A DNA stretch of 63,530 bases, filler included. It is 4 parts of 4 records of this genome, joined end to end, with 100 filler letters (N's around TTAATTAATTAA, not from the genome) between each part and the next. Parts side by side here need not be neighbours in the genome. Positions count along the whole stretch, not along the records: positions 39,549 to 50,937 come from SRR20825019_2016; positions 51,038 to 63,530 come from SRR20825019_2021; 2 more parts are not named here. One strand, 5' to 3'. The notes below the pieces were generated by a model that searched no databases, was not told the DNA's origin, and saw only the letters and a program-made list of their open reading frames with translations. Of the stretch, positions 45,534 through 57,202 are shown piece after piece; within the stretch, counting starts at the first letter, position 1, and each line of letters opens with the position of its first letter. The position numbers and the translations under genes are program-made.

Positions 45534-47175
45534 TTACTCTCTCGACTTCTCAACAGCACTAGCAAAAAAATTGTACACATCTCGGATGGAGCCGGGCTCT
45601 GTCGCGGAAAATGATACCCATAACAAATGACATATCGCAAAAACTATGGATCTGTTGTATTGTTTACAACTCATAGTGAGCATTACAAATAGACCACTAA
45701 GCCGACACTATAACCACAGCTACATACCTAATTTCATATCTAGTTGATATTTCTGGAAACTCCTGATCAAAATACGTGGGAATAGCAGGAATAACACCAA
45801 GAATCTCTCGTGCCATACATATGGCTGCAGCGGTCCTCAGTCTCAAAGGCATTCTACAAAGTGCTGGGGTATAATATGTGCACATAACGATATGTTCAGT
45901 TAGACAATACAATCTGCACCAGTCTTCTTTGTCGAGATTTCCAGCTCTAAATTCCACCCCTTGCTTTTTCTGGGCGAATCGCACAATTACACATTGTCCA
46001 TTACAAATAGTTGGTGTAAATAGTGCAGTAAGTGTGTCTACAGCCGTTGCGTTAAGAATGATACTTTCGCAATTTGAAACAACGCCAAAGAACGCCTTCT
46101 TTTCCATGACACTGATCTCACGCGGCGAGAATGTATCATCAGTGTATGACGAATATGTTTCTAGGGAGTACACCTTGTCATCTGTGAACTTGGCTGCCAA
46201 CGATATCGCGGCGGCGGCAAGTAGCTGGGGATTCGCAGAGTTTGTGATACTAGAAGACACAAACATGTCCAAGAATTGCACAGAATAGCAAAATGTTTCG
46301 TTGGTTAGCTCAAACCTCATGACTATCTCGTGCATCCACTCGGTCGTGATACACCAATCTGAATCACTGAGGCAGGAGTCACTATCCACAAGCAGGCTAC
46401 CTTTAGGAAGGGATATCGCGGACCAATTCGCAAGGTCAGCGATGGGGTCATCGTGCATGCTTTTGAATAGGCATTTGTTTTTCCTTTCCTTTCCATCTTG
46501 ATGCAGAGTAGATAAATTCTTACGATCAACGTATCGAAAGAAGTCAGCCCACCCAGGTCTCTGCATTTCGAAGAACTGAATGGTAGAGCGCATGGAGACC
46601 AGCGCGCCCGTGTCATCTTTGGCGACTACAGTAGTGTTGTAAGTATCACCATAGCAATTGAGGTACTCTGTTTCCGGCTGTTTCTTGATATCATAGGTCT
46701 CACCAAACTTCCTCTTATTGTTTCTTTGGGTGCGAGAATGATCCATATTAGCACCCACATCACAAGAAGAACTTGCTGTCGAATATGTATGTGTAGTACC
46801 TTCATAGCTGCTCGATTGGTTAACAACTACATGACAGTTGTCAACTTGACAACTATTGGCAGGGGTGCTCTTGGCAGTAACAGTGTCGCCGGCTTGCTCA
46901 CTCGGGTAAGAGTCACATGTTTGCTGCTTAACTGATTCATCCGAATCATCGCTAATTGGTTCGCTTACTGGAGATTCTAGATACCCAAGAACCTTCACGA
47001 CTGCTTCCCCTCTACCTTGGAATAAAGATTCTGAAACATAATCTTCTGTGCACTTCAAAGAATTAGGGTATGACTGCCGGACTTCAACTTCCACAGCCAT
47101 TGTTAGCGTACTCAACAGCGGCGTCTCCTTGCTCCTTAGTGAAGTTAAGGTTAACGTATTTCTAGTTAAAGCCAT
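45534..47175 (-). CDS. Divergent cyclin (A/B-like cyclin box), 2 exons
   Basis: EWMHEIV.RFELTNETF..SV.FLD.F, QLLAAAAISLAAKF and I..ME. An intron after YEIR leads to a short last exon whose TAA overlaps AATAAA. Confidence 0.8.
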
Positions 47176-47189
47176 GGGTTCCCCACACA

Positions 47190-48010
47190 GTCAGAGTGCC
47201 TCGGTTCGGGCCGGAGGCGGCGGGCTTCAGCACTGACTATGCTGCTGTTGACTCACCGATGCCGTCGCCGCCGGGCGACCGGCCCTACCGGCGGCGGCAG
47301 TGCAGCCTCAACTGGGCCGGCCTACCGTCATCGACTCATCAATCTGTCGTTCTGGCAATGAGGCTTGTGAACACGGCCCCCCAAAGGCTCCGAGCCCGCC
47401 CGGCGGCGGACCCGCCGGGCAGCGCCGCGGCCCGCCTCGCAGTGTCCCGACTGGTCGGGGGAGTCGGTGCGAGGGGTGAACCACCCGACCGGCCTCCCAC
47501 TGCTCGCGGTCCGGGCCGCATGAGCAGACCACCTTGAGTTCCGATCAGTGCTGCCTCAGCTGAAACTCTGTGAGTGGTGCCATGCGGTCACTGGGCCCCG
47601 CACCCTTCAGTCGAACCCCCGTCATGGTAAACTGATAACGATACAACACCATAATGATAGTGGCCTTTGCAGTGGCATCATATCTCCCACGATCACGGGC
47701 GGAATTGCAGCCATCTCCGATGAACCTGGTGAGAATTCATCAGTCGCGCTGCGTCGCACCCCACTCGACAACGATGAAACAGCCGCGCGGCCCGCGCCCC
47801 AGCAAGCAGGAGCGCCCAAGGCCTGCACCCCCCCCCCCCGGCCCACCCGCGGCCGGCGTCCCCGGCCCGGGCCGCCACGACTCGGCACCCCCACGGCCTG
47901 TGATCCCTGTGAGCGCTCGGCAGAGCGGGCCCCATCCGTCGCCATTAGTCAGAGTATGCCAGGCTACCGCTTATCAGCCCTCCGGCCCACCCCACCAGTC
48001 CCGCCCAGTA
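47190..48010. promoter_or_regulatory. GC-rich island between the cyclin and the next gene; contains C12 at 47828-47839
   Basis: Composition and position. Confidence 0.5.
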
Positions 48011-48331
48011 ACTTATGCCAACGGAGTGGTGTTCACCCGAGCTGCGACAGATGAAGGGGCCAAGGACGTTGGAGTACCTGGTGAGCAGAAGGACGGGATA
48101 CTCGCTGATTGACTGCTGGGAGAGTCCTGGTTGCTTTGGGCTCAACCGCTTACGCATACCATGGGAAAAAGCAGTCGAATCACTGTATGTGCGCGAGTTG
48201 AATGGACCACGACACTCGTGGACTCTAATCAAGAGGAACAACAACCTCCTCAATATATATATAAAACCTTTGGCGGATCCTGTAGTGCATTTTTTATCTT
48301 TAAGTTACCAACCCACGACGAAATAACTCAC

Positions 48332-49295
48332 ATGGATGCTAGCGGGACTGCTCCGAGTGTGGTGGAGTGGAAACCAATTGATCCCGCACCTGTCACTCCA
48401 GCCGGCCGCTCCGACTCTCCGGAACTGCTTTATCCAGTGTCACAAGACAAGACCACATATCGGAAAAAGTCTTCAGGGAGTCAGAGTCGGAGACCATCCT
48501 CAGTAGCGGGCAGTGAGGACGGATCCACAGGGTCATGGGGAGACGAAGACCAAAACTTCATGGGTGAGTAATATGATTGCCAGGGCCACCCATATGCTGA
48601 TATCACAACACAGCTTCGGTGAAGAAAGTGAGTAAAAGCAAAGGGAGAATTTACAAAATACCCGAAAAAGAGCAAAAGGAGGTTCCTGCATACCTTAAGC
48701 CAGCTTGGGTTCCGAAGTATGAACCAAAATTCACGAAGGACTTCAATGCTCCTACTCGTGCAATGGCATATGGTGGCCGCTATTATGCTCATGTTCGTGG
48801 CACAGAATCTGGGTGAGTCGTGGTCCTAACCCTCTTGCCAGCTACTAGAAGAGCTCGTGTACAAGGACCGATTTCAACCGACCAAAAAAGTACCACCGAG
48901 GAAGATCAAGACTCGACAAGCAAAAAGGATGGAATGGGTAGGGCATTTGTCAGACGTTGCGACTATTGCTCACGCCTTGCGACAGCTTGAAAAAAGAGAG
49001 GAGCACCTGAACGAATTAAAGCAGGAAACAGAAGTCAGTTTGGTAAAGGTAGAGTCTCCCAACATGGAACTGGCACTTGCTGAATATGCCTTCCTCAGGA
49101 ATATGGGCAGCTAGACCCAGAGACTCAGAAGCAGTCTCTGAAGCGAATGATAGACGATGAAATCGAGAAAAGGAAAGAGAAGTTATCCCTGCTAGAACAT
49201 GGAATGTGAGTGTAGTTGCGGCTTCGTGATAGTGTCTTGACATTTTACTGAAAAAACGACATCAAGGTTTGCGTCGGGAACCCGAGCTGGCTGAT
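48332..49295 (+). CDS. Multi-exon hypothetical protein (disordered N-terminus, coiled-coil C-terminus); ends uncertain
   Basis: ORFs at 48131, 48619 and 48857 and EYGQLDPETQKQSLKRMIDDEIEKRKEKL join through GT-AG introns. AATAAA at 49380. Confidence 0.55.
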
Positions 49296-49463
49296 AGGCG
49301 CGTGTGACATCTTCCGTCAGACCCTGTTCGCCGACTAGAGCTCAAACTCCTAACCACAACGCCGTGCATTGTCATAGCGAATAAAAGCACCATTCATCTT
49401 GCTCTGTAGCTATCTCTACGCTGCAACGAACCTGATCACAGCAACTGGGATCACAGCGTACCT

Positions 49464-50042
49464 CTACCTCTCACGTTGTGGGCTTGCACTTGCGCCCCTG
49501 ACAGATGACACCGGGGAAGAACTGGAGTTTGATGATGGACCAGGCAGTGACGTCCTGCGTACCGGCACAATGATGACTTTGTCGCTGTGCTTACACAAGT
49601 ATTCCGAGAAGGATGCCTTCGCCAGCTTCACCACTGCCATGACCACCTTTCCATGTACTGTGCCACCAATGTATACCTCGCTGGGGTTATGCTCCTTGAT
49701 CCAGTCTAGTGCACAGTCGCGCTTTGACTTGTCTGTTCTCAGCAAGACCCTGTGCACATTCTTCTCAAGAAGTGCTTTGTCACTATACTTAACAATAATT
49801 GCACGAATCTTCGCTTCTGCCCGTTCGTGGCATTCTTTTAAGTTCACTCGGTCTATACCGCCTGTTCCTCCAATCATCACCTGGCTGCCCGAGCTCTTAG
49901 GCACAGAGTATATGCCAACAAGGTATAACTCGTCGTCTGGTTCCTTGCTACCTAACGCCCTTCGGAAAGCAGCATTATTCTTCTGCTCGTGTTGGGGCTC
50001 CGGCCCTAGCATAACAGCTATTTTTCTTTTCTGCGCGCTCAT
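49464..50042 (-). CDS. Universal stress protein-like
   Basis: KRKIAVML, DELYLVGI, VYIG and ASFSEYLCKHSDKVIIVPV resemble the UspA pattern. Confidence 0.6.
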   Translation of the reverse strand: MSAQKRKIAVMLGPEPQHEQKNNAAFRRALGSKEPDDELYLVGIYSVPKSSGSQVMIGGTGGIDRVNLKECHERAEAKIRAIIVKYSDKALLEKNVHRVLLRTDKSKRDCALDWIKEHNPSEVYIGGTVHGKVVMAVVKLAKASFSEYLCKHSDKVIIVPVRRTSLPGPSSNSSSSPVSSVRGASASPQRER

Positions 50043-50169
50043 TGTATATCTGCTCAAATATTTATCAAGGCTACCATCTAATATCAATAAAGTAAAGTTA
50101 TCTCCTGAAAGTTTCGCCTACAACCGTCGTTTCGCTGAACGAAGGATATCGCTGAAGTTGAGTTACCAA

Positions 50170-50912
50170 AGATAGCGGCACGGGTAGGCCCAGGCTGGGC
50201 AGGACCATTCTCGTAGTCATGCCGCTTCCGGCAGGGCAGGGGGGGTTGGTTATTGTGGTGGTGGGTTAATCGGGGGCCAGCGTGAATCGGATTAGTCACC
50301 GGGGCCAACGCTGTCTTTTGGCAACACTCAAGGGTTGTTCCCCGTACTGCCCTGCCGCGGCAGCCGCGGGATGCCGGGGGCCCCCGTTCTGGACAGCTCC
50401 GGCTTGGGGTCACGGCGGGCAATCTCGTCCACTCAATTGATCCCAAAAAAGGCGCTATCATGGTCACGCGCTGATTCCAATCGCTGCCGTTTCACAGGCG
50501 TGGGGGCGCTCCCGGGAGGCTCGTCGTGAGAGAGTTCCACGCGGCGACTGCGCACTGGGACTGTCGGACCGGTGGCCGCTCGGCTGGGCTTAAGTCACGA
50601 TTGATCCACACGTGTCAATATTAAGAAAGAGTTTTTTAGGTAACGTCCGGTGCGCACACGACGTGGCAGCGAAGCCCTTCCCAGAGCTGCGGGCAGTGAG
50701 CGCAGCGCGGTGCGACGCAAACAAATGAAGTGGTAGTGAGTGGCAGGCGGCTCCGCCCAGCCCGGGTGCCTGCGCCCGCGGCGGCGGCGCGCGGCCGGGC
50801 CCTGAGATACGCGACGGTGGCGCGGCCCCGCCGCACTGGCGCCGTGACGGCCGCCCGGGCCCTTGGGGCCAGCCGGCGCCGCCAGAGGGCCACTCTAACG
50901 AATCACATTCGA
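50170..50912. promoter_or_regulatory. GC-rich island upstream of the USP-like gene
   Basis: Composition and position. Confidence 0.45.
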
Positions 50913-50937
50913 CCCCCCCCCCCCCCCCCCCCCCCCC
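50913..50937. repeat. Poly-C tract at contig end
   Basis: C25 before the N run. Confidence 0.9.
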
Positions 50938-51037
50938 NNNNNNNNNNNNNNNNNNNNNNNNNNNNNNNNNNNNNNNNNNNNTTAATTAATTAANNNNNNN
51001 NNNNNNNNNNNNNNNNNNNNNNNNNNNNNNNNNNNNN
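50938..51037. other. Artificial contig spacer
   Basis: N44-TTAATTAATTAA-N44. Confidence 0.98.
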
Positions 51038-51559
51038 AGCATAACGCTTGCCTACCCAAAGACCACCTTTTTCTCTATCATAAAGGTTATACTTTGGATC
51101 TGTTAATATGTCTGATATTTTTTTGAAGCCTACACGATCTATCATACGGGTTGTAGCTTGGTTATTAGATTTACTAATCATAAGCTTCATATCACTACGT
51201 ACTTCTGGTGTAGGTATAAGTTCACATTTATCTATAGCGTCCATTGCTGCCAAAAGGACTGCAATTTTAGGTAAACTAGCGGCATACATCATCTCTTCGC
51301 TATTAATACCTGCGTATTGCACAAAATCTGGATTATTTAAATCAATAATTCCAACAGCAAGACGTTTTTGAGAAGCCAACTTTTTCCAATAAGGCTGACT
51401 CTCTATTTCTTGTTCTAAAAACACCTGCAAAGGACCATTATCTATTTCAGAAATGGGTTGAATGGTACTGCTTGGTAACGGTAATTCGTTTTGTGCAGTA
51501 CTACTTAACGTTGAGGCAATTAATAGAACAACAAATGCACTAAAAATTCTTTTTAACAT
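51038..51559 (-). CDS. Secreted serine hydrolase, class A beta-lactamase-like fold (3'-truncated)
   Basis: Signal peptide, SxxK (ASLPK) and SxN (MISKSNN). Confidence 0.75.
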
Positions 51560-51754
51560 AAAGTGTTTTAAAATATTACTAAATCATATTATTCACAACG
51601 AATAATCTACACAATATTGTGCAAAGACTATACCTATTTTACAATAAATATCTCATTTTTAATATTTAACGAGAAAATTAACTAAATCATCGCTGAAAGA
51701 AATGTTTAGCAATGAAATATTACTGTCAATTATATTTAATGTGAATCTAGCGTA

Positions 51755-52558
51755 TTAATATTGCCATTTACGTTCTTTATTTAATTCCTCTTCAGCTTGT
51801 AATTCTTCAGTAGGAATTACTTTTAAAAATGAAGGATGTTGCTCAATAGCAAACTGTAATTTTTCTACAATATCATCTACACTATCGTTTTCATAATCAA
51901 ACTCTAAAGGTTGTTTAATTTCCATTGATTGTAGTATACCGCGTTTTTTTATTCGTAATCCTTTTTTATCAAAAGATCTTCTAAAACCATCTATAACCAC
52001 AGGTACTACAATTGGCTTATAATGCCTAATGATATGCGCTGTACCCTTTCTTATAGGTTTCCAAGGTTTAGTAGTTCCTTGTGGGAATGTAATAACCCAA
52101 CCATCATCCAAAGCTTTTGCTATATTGCTTATATCACTCATCTTAACTTGACGGTTTACTTCCTTGCCTTTTGCACGCCAAGTACGCTCTATAGATATAG
52201 ATCCTGCGTAAGCAAATAATTTTGGTATAAACCCAGATTTCATAGTTTCTGCAGCAGCTATGTAATACATATTTAGCTTAGGATTCCATAAATAACCAAT
52301 ATTCTTAATAGAGTCTACTCTGCCACTTAAACTTGCATTAAACACGTGAAACATGGCTACAACATCTGCAAAATATGTTTGGTGGTTAGATACAAAGAGT
52401 ACATTGTTATCTGGTAGATTTTTTATAATCTCAGAACCTTCAATCTGTAATTGATTAAACCCTTTAAAACGTCTGTGCGTTAAAGCCCCTAAAATACGAA
52501 TGAGCCATTTTTTTAATATAAGTTTATGCCCGAATGGATTGGTTTTAAATAACCCCAT
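51755..52558 (-). CDS. Lysophospholipid acyltransferase (PlsC family)
   Basis: SNHQTYFAD (HxxxxD) and FPQGT. Confidence 0.9.
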   Translation of the reverse strand: MGLFKTNPFGHKLILKKWLIRILGALTHRRFKGFNQLQIEGSEIIKNLPDNNVLFVSNHQTYFADVVAMFHVFNASLSGRVDSIKNIGYLWNPKLNMYYIAAAETMKSGFIPKLFAYAGSISIERTWRAKGKEVNRQVKMSDISNIAKALDDGWVITFPQGTTKPWKPIRKGTAHIIRHYKPIVVPVVIDGFRRSFDKKGLRIKKRGILQSMEIKQPLEFDYENDSVDDIVEKLQFAIEQHPSFLKVIPTEELQAEEELNKERKWQY

Positions 52559-52598
52559 ATAATGTCTATAATTAAGTTTTTATTAAAAAACAGAACTT

Positions 52599-52606
52599 CA
52601 AAGATA
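52599..52606 (-). promoter_or_regulatory. Bacteroidota -7 promoter element for the acyltransferase
   Basis: Reverse complement is TATCTTTG. Confidence 0.6.
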
Positions 52607-52617
52607 CAAAACCGCTC

Positions 52618-53259
52618 TTAAAGCACCTGTTTAAACAAGGTTTTGATTTCAGATAGCATCATTGCTGTTGCACCCCAAACCACATGACCATTTAAATGAA
52701 AGGCAGGAACTGTTAGTTCTGTAGCATAAGATGTTGTTAATGTTTCTTCAATAAGGCTATCTTCATTTAAGAAATCATCTATATCAACCAAAACTATATC
52801 TTCTACTTCATCGTCTTGCTTTATTAACTTAGGAGTGTCTTCTAAATAGCCGATAAAAGGATGTACATTAAAATTAGATGGCGGTATATAAGCCGTTGTC
52901 ATTTTTTTAATTAGCTGTATATCATTATATGGTACTCCTACTTCTTCTTCTGTTTCACGTTTGGCAGTATCTTTTAAGTCTTTGTCTTCTGGCTCTACCT
53001 TGCCTCCAGGAAAACCTATTTGAGCAGAGTGAACACCTTTATAAGTTTTCCTTAAAATGAGAATTAAAAACGTCTGGTTGTCTTTATTAGGGTAAAATAA
53101 TGCGGTTACGGCAGCCTCTCTAGGATTTAGTGCTTTAATATCTACATCTTTTAATTCCTTAACACGCTCCATTGGCGCCATTTTAAACAACGCTTTTTTT
53201 CCAGGAAGTTCTAGATTCTCTACTTTTGATGCCAATACTTTAAAATCATCAAATGTCAT
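52618..53259 (-). CDS. Nudix CoA pyrophosphatase
   Basis: HSAQIGFPGG...TAKRETEEEVG and VWGATAM. Confidence 0.9.
   Translation of the reverse strand: MTFDDFKVLASKVENLELPGKKALFKMAPMERVKELKDVDIKALNPREAAVTALFYPNKDNQTFLILILRKTYKGVHSAQIGFPGGKVEPEDKDLKDTAKRETEEEVGVPYNDIQLIKKMTTAYIPPSNFNVHPFIGYLEDTPKLIKQDDEVEDIVLVDIDDFLNEDSLIEETLTTSYATELTVPAFHLNGHVVWGATAMMLSEIKTLFKQVL
53221..53228 (+). promoter_or_regulatory. Putative -7 element for the cyclophilin gene, inside the antisense Nudix CDS
   Basis: TACTTTTG, 24 nt before ATG 53253. Confidence 0.5.
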
Positions 53260-53990
53260 TTTATAAATTCTCTTATTTAGCGTTAATCGTAGTTATTTTA
53301 CTTTCGGGTTGTGAAGATAAGCAAACCCAGAAAAAAGGAAACACCAAGACCGTAAGTAAGGATCTTATTCCAGATTCTATCCCAGATGTTGAAACTATTG
53401 CAGAACGTAGAGCAAGATTTGAAGCAGAGTTACCAGATGTTGAAAAAATTGAGCAGGAACAACTTATACCCTTTCTTACTGCCTATGGTAAAGACAACCC
53501 AGAAAATCGTGTTGTTATAAAAACAGACATGGGAGATATTTATGTTACGCTGTTTAATGATACTCCATTACACAGAGCAAACTTTATTAGATTAGCAAAA
53601 CTTGGGTATTTTGACACTACCTTTTTTCACAGAGTATCTCCTAACTTCGTGATTCAAGGTGGTAATAGCGATCGTACAGACACAGCCAAAATGAGAGGCA
53701 AAGTTGGTTCTTTTTTAATTCCATCTGAATTTAAAGCTGGTTATTCTCATATAAGAGGTGCATTTGCAGCTGCTAAATATTCAGAACAAAATGTTAGCAA
53801 AGCATCTTCACCGTTTGAATTTTATATTGTTCAAAAGAAAAATGGTGCTCACCATATAGACAATGATCATACAGTCTTTGGAAGAGTTACAAAAGGTATG
53901 GATGTGGTAGATAAAATAAATGCCGTTGAAACAGACGATAGTGAATGGCCACTAAGAAATATACCTATTACAGTTGAAGTCTTAGACTAA
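53253..53990 (+). CDS. Cyclophilin-type peptidyl-prolyl isomerase, lipoprotein
   Basis: Lipobox LSGC; FHRVSPNFVIQGG and HTVFGRV. Confidence 0.92.
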   Translation: MSFYKFSYLALIVVILLSGCEDKQTQKKGNTKTVSKDLIPDSIPDVETIAERRARFEAELPDVEKIEQEQLIPFLTAYGKDNPENRVVIKTDMGDIYVTLFNDTPLHRANFIRLAKLGYFDTTFFHRVSPNFVIQGGNSDRTDTAKMRGKVGSFLIPSEFKAGYSHIRGAFAAAKYSEQNVSKASSPFEFYIVQKKNGAHHIDNDHTVFGRVTKGMDVVDKINAVETDDSEWPLRNIPITVEVLD

Positions 53991-54616
53991 TTTAAGTTTT
54001 CCATTTCTTCTTTCGAGTAAATTGTAGGCAGTATCCATTTGTAATGAACTGCTAGTAGCCTAAATGTAATTACTATTGATCCTGCTATAACAAAAATAAT
54101 ACCTTCTGGTATTGGTGTTAAGAACAATAACACAAAGTAGGAAACACCTCCTAAAATGCAGGCAGTAGCATAAATCTCTTTTCTAAAAACAACTGGTATT
54201 TCATTACACAGTATGTCTCGTATTACACCACCAAATGTAGCTGTAACTGTACCTAATGCAACACAAATTACTGGAGACAAATCTGCAGATAATCCCTTTT
54301 CTATACCAACTACGGTGTACAAACCAATACCAATAGTATCAAATAGAAATAAAGAGGTTCTTACATGTCTTAATTTTCGTCTAAATAAAATAGCTAAAAT
54401 TGCGCATCCTATAATAAAGTAAACATAATAAGTATTGCGTATCCAAGCTACGGGAAATCCTACTAAAAGGTCTCTTAACGTACCACCACCAATTGATGTT
54501 ACAAAAGCTATAATGATAATGCCAAAAACATCCATACGCTTCTTGGTGGCTGTTAAAACACCAGAAATTGCAAATGCTATTGTTCCTATAAGATCAACAA
54601 ATACAAAGAAATCCAT
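53987..54616 (-). CDS. Trimeric intracellular cation channel (UPF0126, YadS/YicG-like)
   Basis: Duplicated GGG.LRD and GG.IRD motifs, about seven TMs. Confidence 0.9.
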   Translation of the reverse strand: MDFFVFVDLIGTIAFAISGVLTATKKRMDVFGIIIIAFVTSIGGGTLRDLLVGFPVAWIRNTYYVYFIIGCAILAILFRRKLRHVRTSLFLFDTIGIGLYTVVGIEKGLSADLSPVICVALGTVTATFGGVIRDILCNEIPVVFRKEIYATACILGGVSYFVLLFLTPIPEGIIFVIAGSIVITFRLLAVHYKWILPTIYSKEEMENLN

Positions 54617-55329
54617 TACAGTTGGGTATAGTAGTTATAGTCTTTAATGACAGTTTCAATAAACAATATAGGCTTTTGTTCTGTTTCTATATCCATTACT
54701 ACTTTAAGTTTAGACGCGAGCTTTAATATAATATGATGTTGGCTTTTTGCTTTAGCTCGGTAAAAGATTGTTTTTATATTTTGTATTTCATTATCTGTAA
54801 ATACCGTAACTTGAGGATATACAGGTTGATAATTTTCTTCTACATTAGAATATATTATATCATTAAACTTAACTTTTCCTTTAGTTGTAATTACAGTGGT
54901 CTTAGCAGCAATATCTCCCAAACGTTGTCCTTTTCCGCTTAATAATAATGTTACTATTGCTACACTACCAGATGTAAATGATATATCTACCAAACGCAAT
55001 AACCATCTTATTAAGTAATTTGAAAAATTAGGATTAGAACCATCTAACATTACAACCCTTATTCCTACAGCTGCTTTACCAGGTGATCTTCCATTCCAAA
55101 ACGTTTCCCATAACAAATGGTATAAGAACATTGGCAACATTATAACCATACCATAAATCCATTCGTCTTCAGAAGAAATATTTACACCTGAAAGCGATAG
55201 CATTACAAGAATAACGTAGGCTATATAAATACAGATATCAACAAAAAAAGCTAACATACGCTCACCAATACCAGCAACTTGTTGTTGTATGCTAATATTT
55301 TGAGCAGTTTCAATTTGAAAATTATCCAT
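54616..55329 (-). CDS. RDD family protein
   Basis: R..A..VD, GRSPGK, R.L.R.VD and QRLGDIAAKT. Confidence 0.9.
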   Translation of the reverse strand: MDNFQIETAQNISIQQQVAGIGERMLAFFVDICIYIAYVILVMLSLSGVNISSEDEWIYGMVIMLPMFLYHLLWETFWNGRSPGKAAVGIRVVMLDGSNPNFSNYLIRWLLRLVDISFTSGSVAIVTLLLSGKGQRLGDIAAKTTVITTKGKVKFNDIIYSNVEENYQPVYPQVTVFTDNEIQNIKTIFYRAKAKSQHHIILKLASKLKVVMDIETEQKPILFIETVIKDYNYYTQL

Positions 55330-55362
55330 TTAATCTGTTTCTTTGAGGAAATATATCTCTAA

Positions 55363-56337
55363 ATGCGTGAGGCCGCTTTTGTGAAGCAAAATAAAGACAA
55401 ATGGTTAAGATTTGAAAACATCTTATCTAATAACACACAAGTGTCTCCAGATGAAATTTCTAATCTTTATGTAGAGATTACAGACCACTTAAGCTATGCG
55501 CAAACCTTTTACCCCAAAAGTAACACGCTAACCTATTTAAATGGCTTATCTGTAAAAGCTCACCAAAGTATTTATAAAACCAAAAAAGAATCTAGAAATA
55601 GATTTTTAAGCTTTTATGTAAAAGAGTTTCCGTTATTTTTTTATGCCTATCATAAACAGTTACTATTAAGCTTTTTAGTTTTTGTATTATTTACAATAGT
55701 TGGCGCTTTTTCTGCATCTGGAGATGGTGCATTTGTTAGAGCTGTAATGGGCGATGCATATGTAAATATGACGTTAGAGAATATAGCTAATGAAGATCCT
55801 ATGGCCGTTTATAAACAAGCCAGTGAAATGAACATGTTTTTAGGTATCACCATTAATAATATAAGGGTTTCTTTAATGGCGTTTGTATTAGGCATATTTT
55901 TAGGAATAGGCACACTATTTTTAATTATGCGTAATGCCATTATGCTTGGCGCATTTCAATATTTTTTTTACGATAAAGGTGTCTTATGGGAATCTGTGAG
56001 AACTATATGGATTCACGGTACTATAGAAATTTCAGTAATCATAATTGCTGGCTGTGCTGGTTTGGTTGTAGGACAAGGTATTTTGTTTCCAAATACGTTT
56101 ACCAGACTTACATCTTTTGTAAATGGAATTAAAGCAGGTTTAAAAATTGTAATTAGTACAATACCTTTTTTTATAATTGCTGGTTTTTTAGAAGGTTTTG
56201 TAACCCGACATACAGAAATGCCAGACTGGTTAGCTATATGCATAATAGTTATATCCTCAGCTCTAATTTTATTTTATTACGTTATTTATCCAATACAACT
56301 TCACAAAAAACATGAAAGACAACTCAATACAATTTAA
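55363..56337 (+). CDS. SpoIIM / DUF95 family membrane protein
   Basis: MREAAF, NNIRVS, IHGTIEI and AGFLEGFVT. Confidence 0.88.
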   Translation: MREAAFVKQNKDKWLRFENILSNNTQVSPDEISNLYVEITDHLSYAQTFYPKSNTLTYLNGLSVKAHQSIYKTKKESRNRFLSFYVKEFPLFFYAYHKQLLLSFLVFVLFTIVGAFSASGDGAFVRAVMGDAYVNMTLENIANEDPMAVYKQASEMNMFLGITINNIRVSLMAFVLGIFLGIGTLFLIMRNAIMLGAFQYFFYDKGVLWESVRTIWIHGTIEISVIIIAGCAGLVVGQGILFPNTFTRLTSFVNGIKAGLKIVISTIPFFIIAGFLEGFVTRHTEMPDWLAICIIVISSALILFYYVIYPIQLHKKHERQLNTI

Positions 56338-57202
56338 GCGCCAGCGTGAGCTAGGAGAGATTATAACAGATACTTTTAAATTCTTCAGAGAAAACTATAA
56401 AGCTTTGTTTAAAGCATTAATAAAAAATGTGGGCCCTTTTTTCCTCATATTGGTAGCTGCTACAATTTATTACAACTACTCTACTCTAGGCTCTTTAGCT
56501 AGTGGCGAGTTGTTTAAAACATTTGATACCGGTATGGGCTTAGGAAATTTATTTGCCTCTATGGCATTTCTTATCGTTTCAATCCTTATTTATTATGCTT
56601 TACTCTACGGTACCATTTTAAATTTTATAAAAGATTATATACAAAATGACGGTAGTATATCTCAAAGTAACATCTCGCATCAAGTAAAGTATACCTTTTG
56701 GGAACTAATTGGTCTTGGTGTAGTGTCTTCAATAATTTTATTTTTAGGTTTAGCGTTATGTGTTATTCCTGGCATTTATGTAATGGTTCCCCTAACGTTA
56801 GTTTTTGCCATACTTATTTTTGAAAAGAAAGACATATTAGGTAGCATAAGCCATAGCTTTCAACTCATTAAAAGTAATTGGTGGATGTCTTTTATTACTA
56901 TTTTCATTTTTGGTATTCTGCTTTATATTATTGGTTTAGTGGTTCAAATACCAATGTTTATGTACACATTTGTGAAAGCCTTTACTATATCATCAGAAAT
57001 TTCTCAAGGCGATCCTAGCTCAATGTTCGATTGGGTTTATGTTACATTAAGTGTTATAAGTAATGTGTTTCAATATCTACTATATATTTTTTATGCAATT
57101 ATGACAGCATTTCTTTACTTCAATCTAAATGAACGTAAGAATTACACTGGTACTATTGAAACTATAGATAATTTAGGAAACCGCACTAATTCAGAATTAT
57201 AA
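56312..57202 (+). CDS. Polytopic membrane protein of the SpoIIM module
   Basis: RELGEII..TF.F, several TMs and YFNLNE. Confidence 0.8.
   Translation: MKDNSIQFKRQRELGEIITDTFKFFRENYKALFKALIKNVGPFFLILVAATIYYNYSTLGSLASGELFKTFDTGMGLGNLFASMAFLIVSILIYYALLYGTILNFIKDYIQNDGSISQSNISHQVKYTFWELIGLGVVSSIILFLGLALCVIPGIYVMVPLTLVFAILIFEKKDILGSISHSFQLIKSNWWMSFITIFIFGILLYIIGLVVQIPMFMYTFVKAFTISSEISQGDPSSMFDWVYVTLSVISNVFQYLLYIFYAIMTAFLYFNLNERKNYTGTIETIDNLGNRTNSEL

Noticed and set aside
51038-51559. Calling the serine hydrolase an antibiotic-resistance beta-lactamase
   Set aside because: The gene is truncated, and the omega-loop Glu and KTG motifs are not visible.
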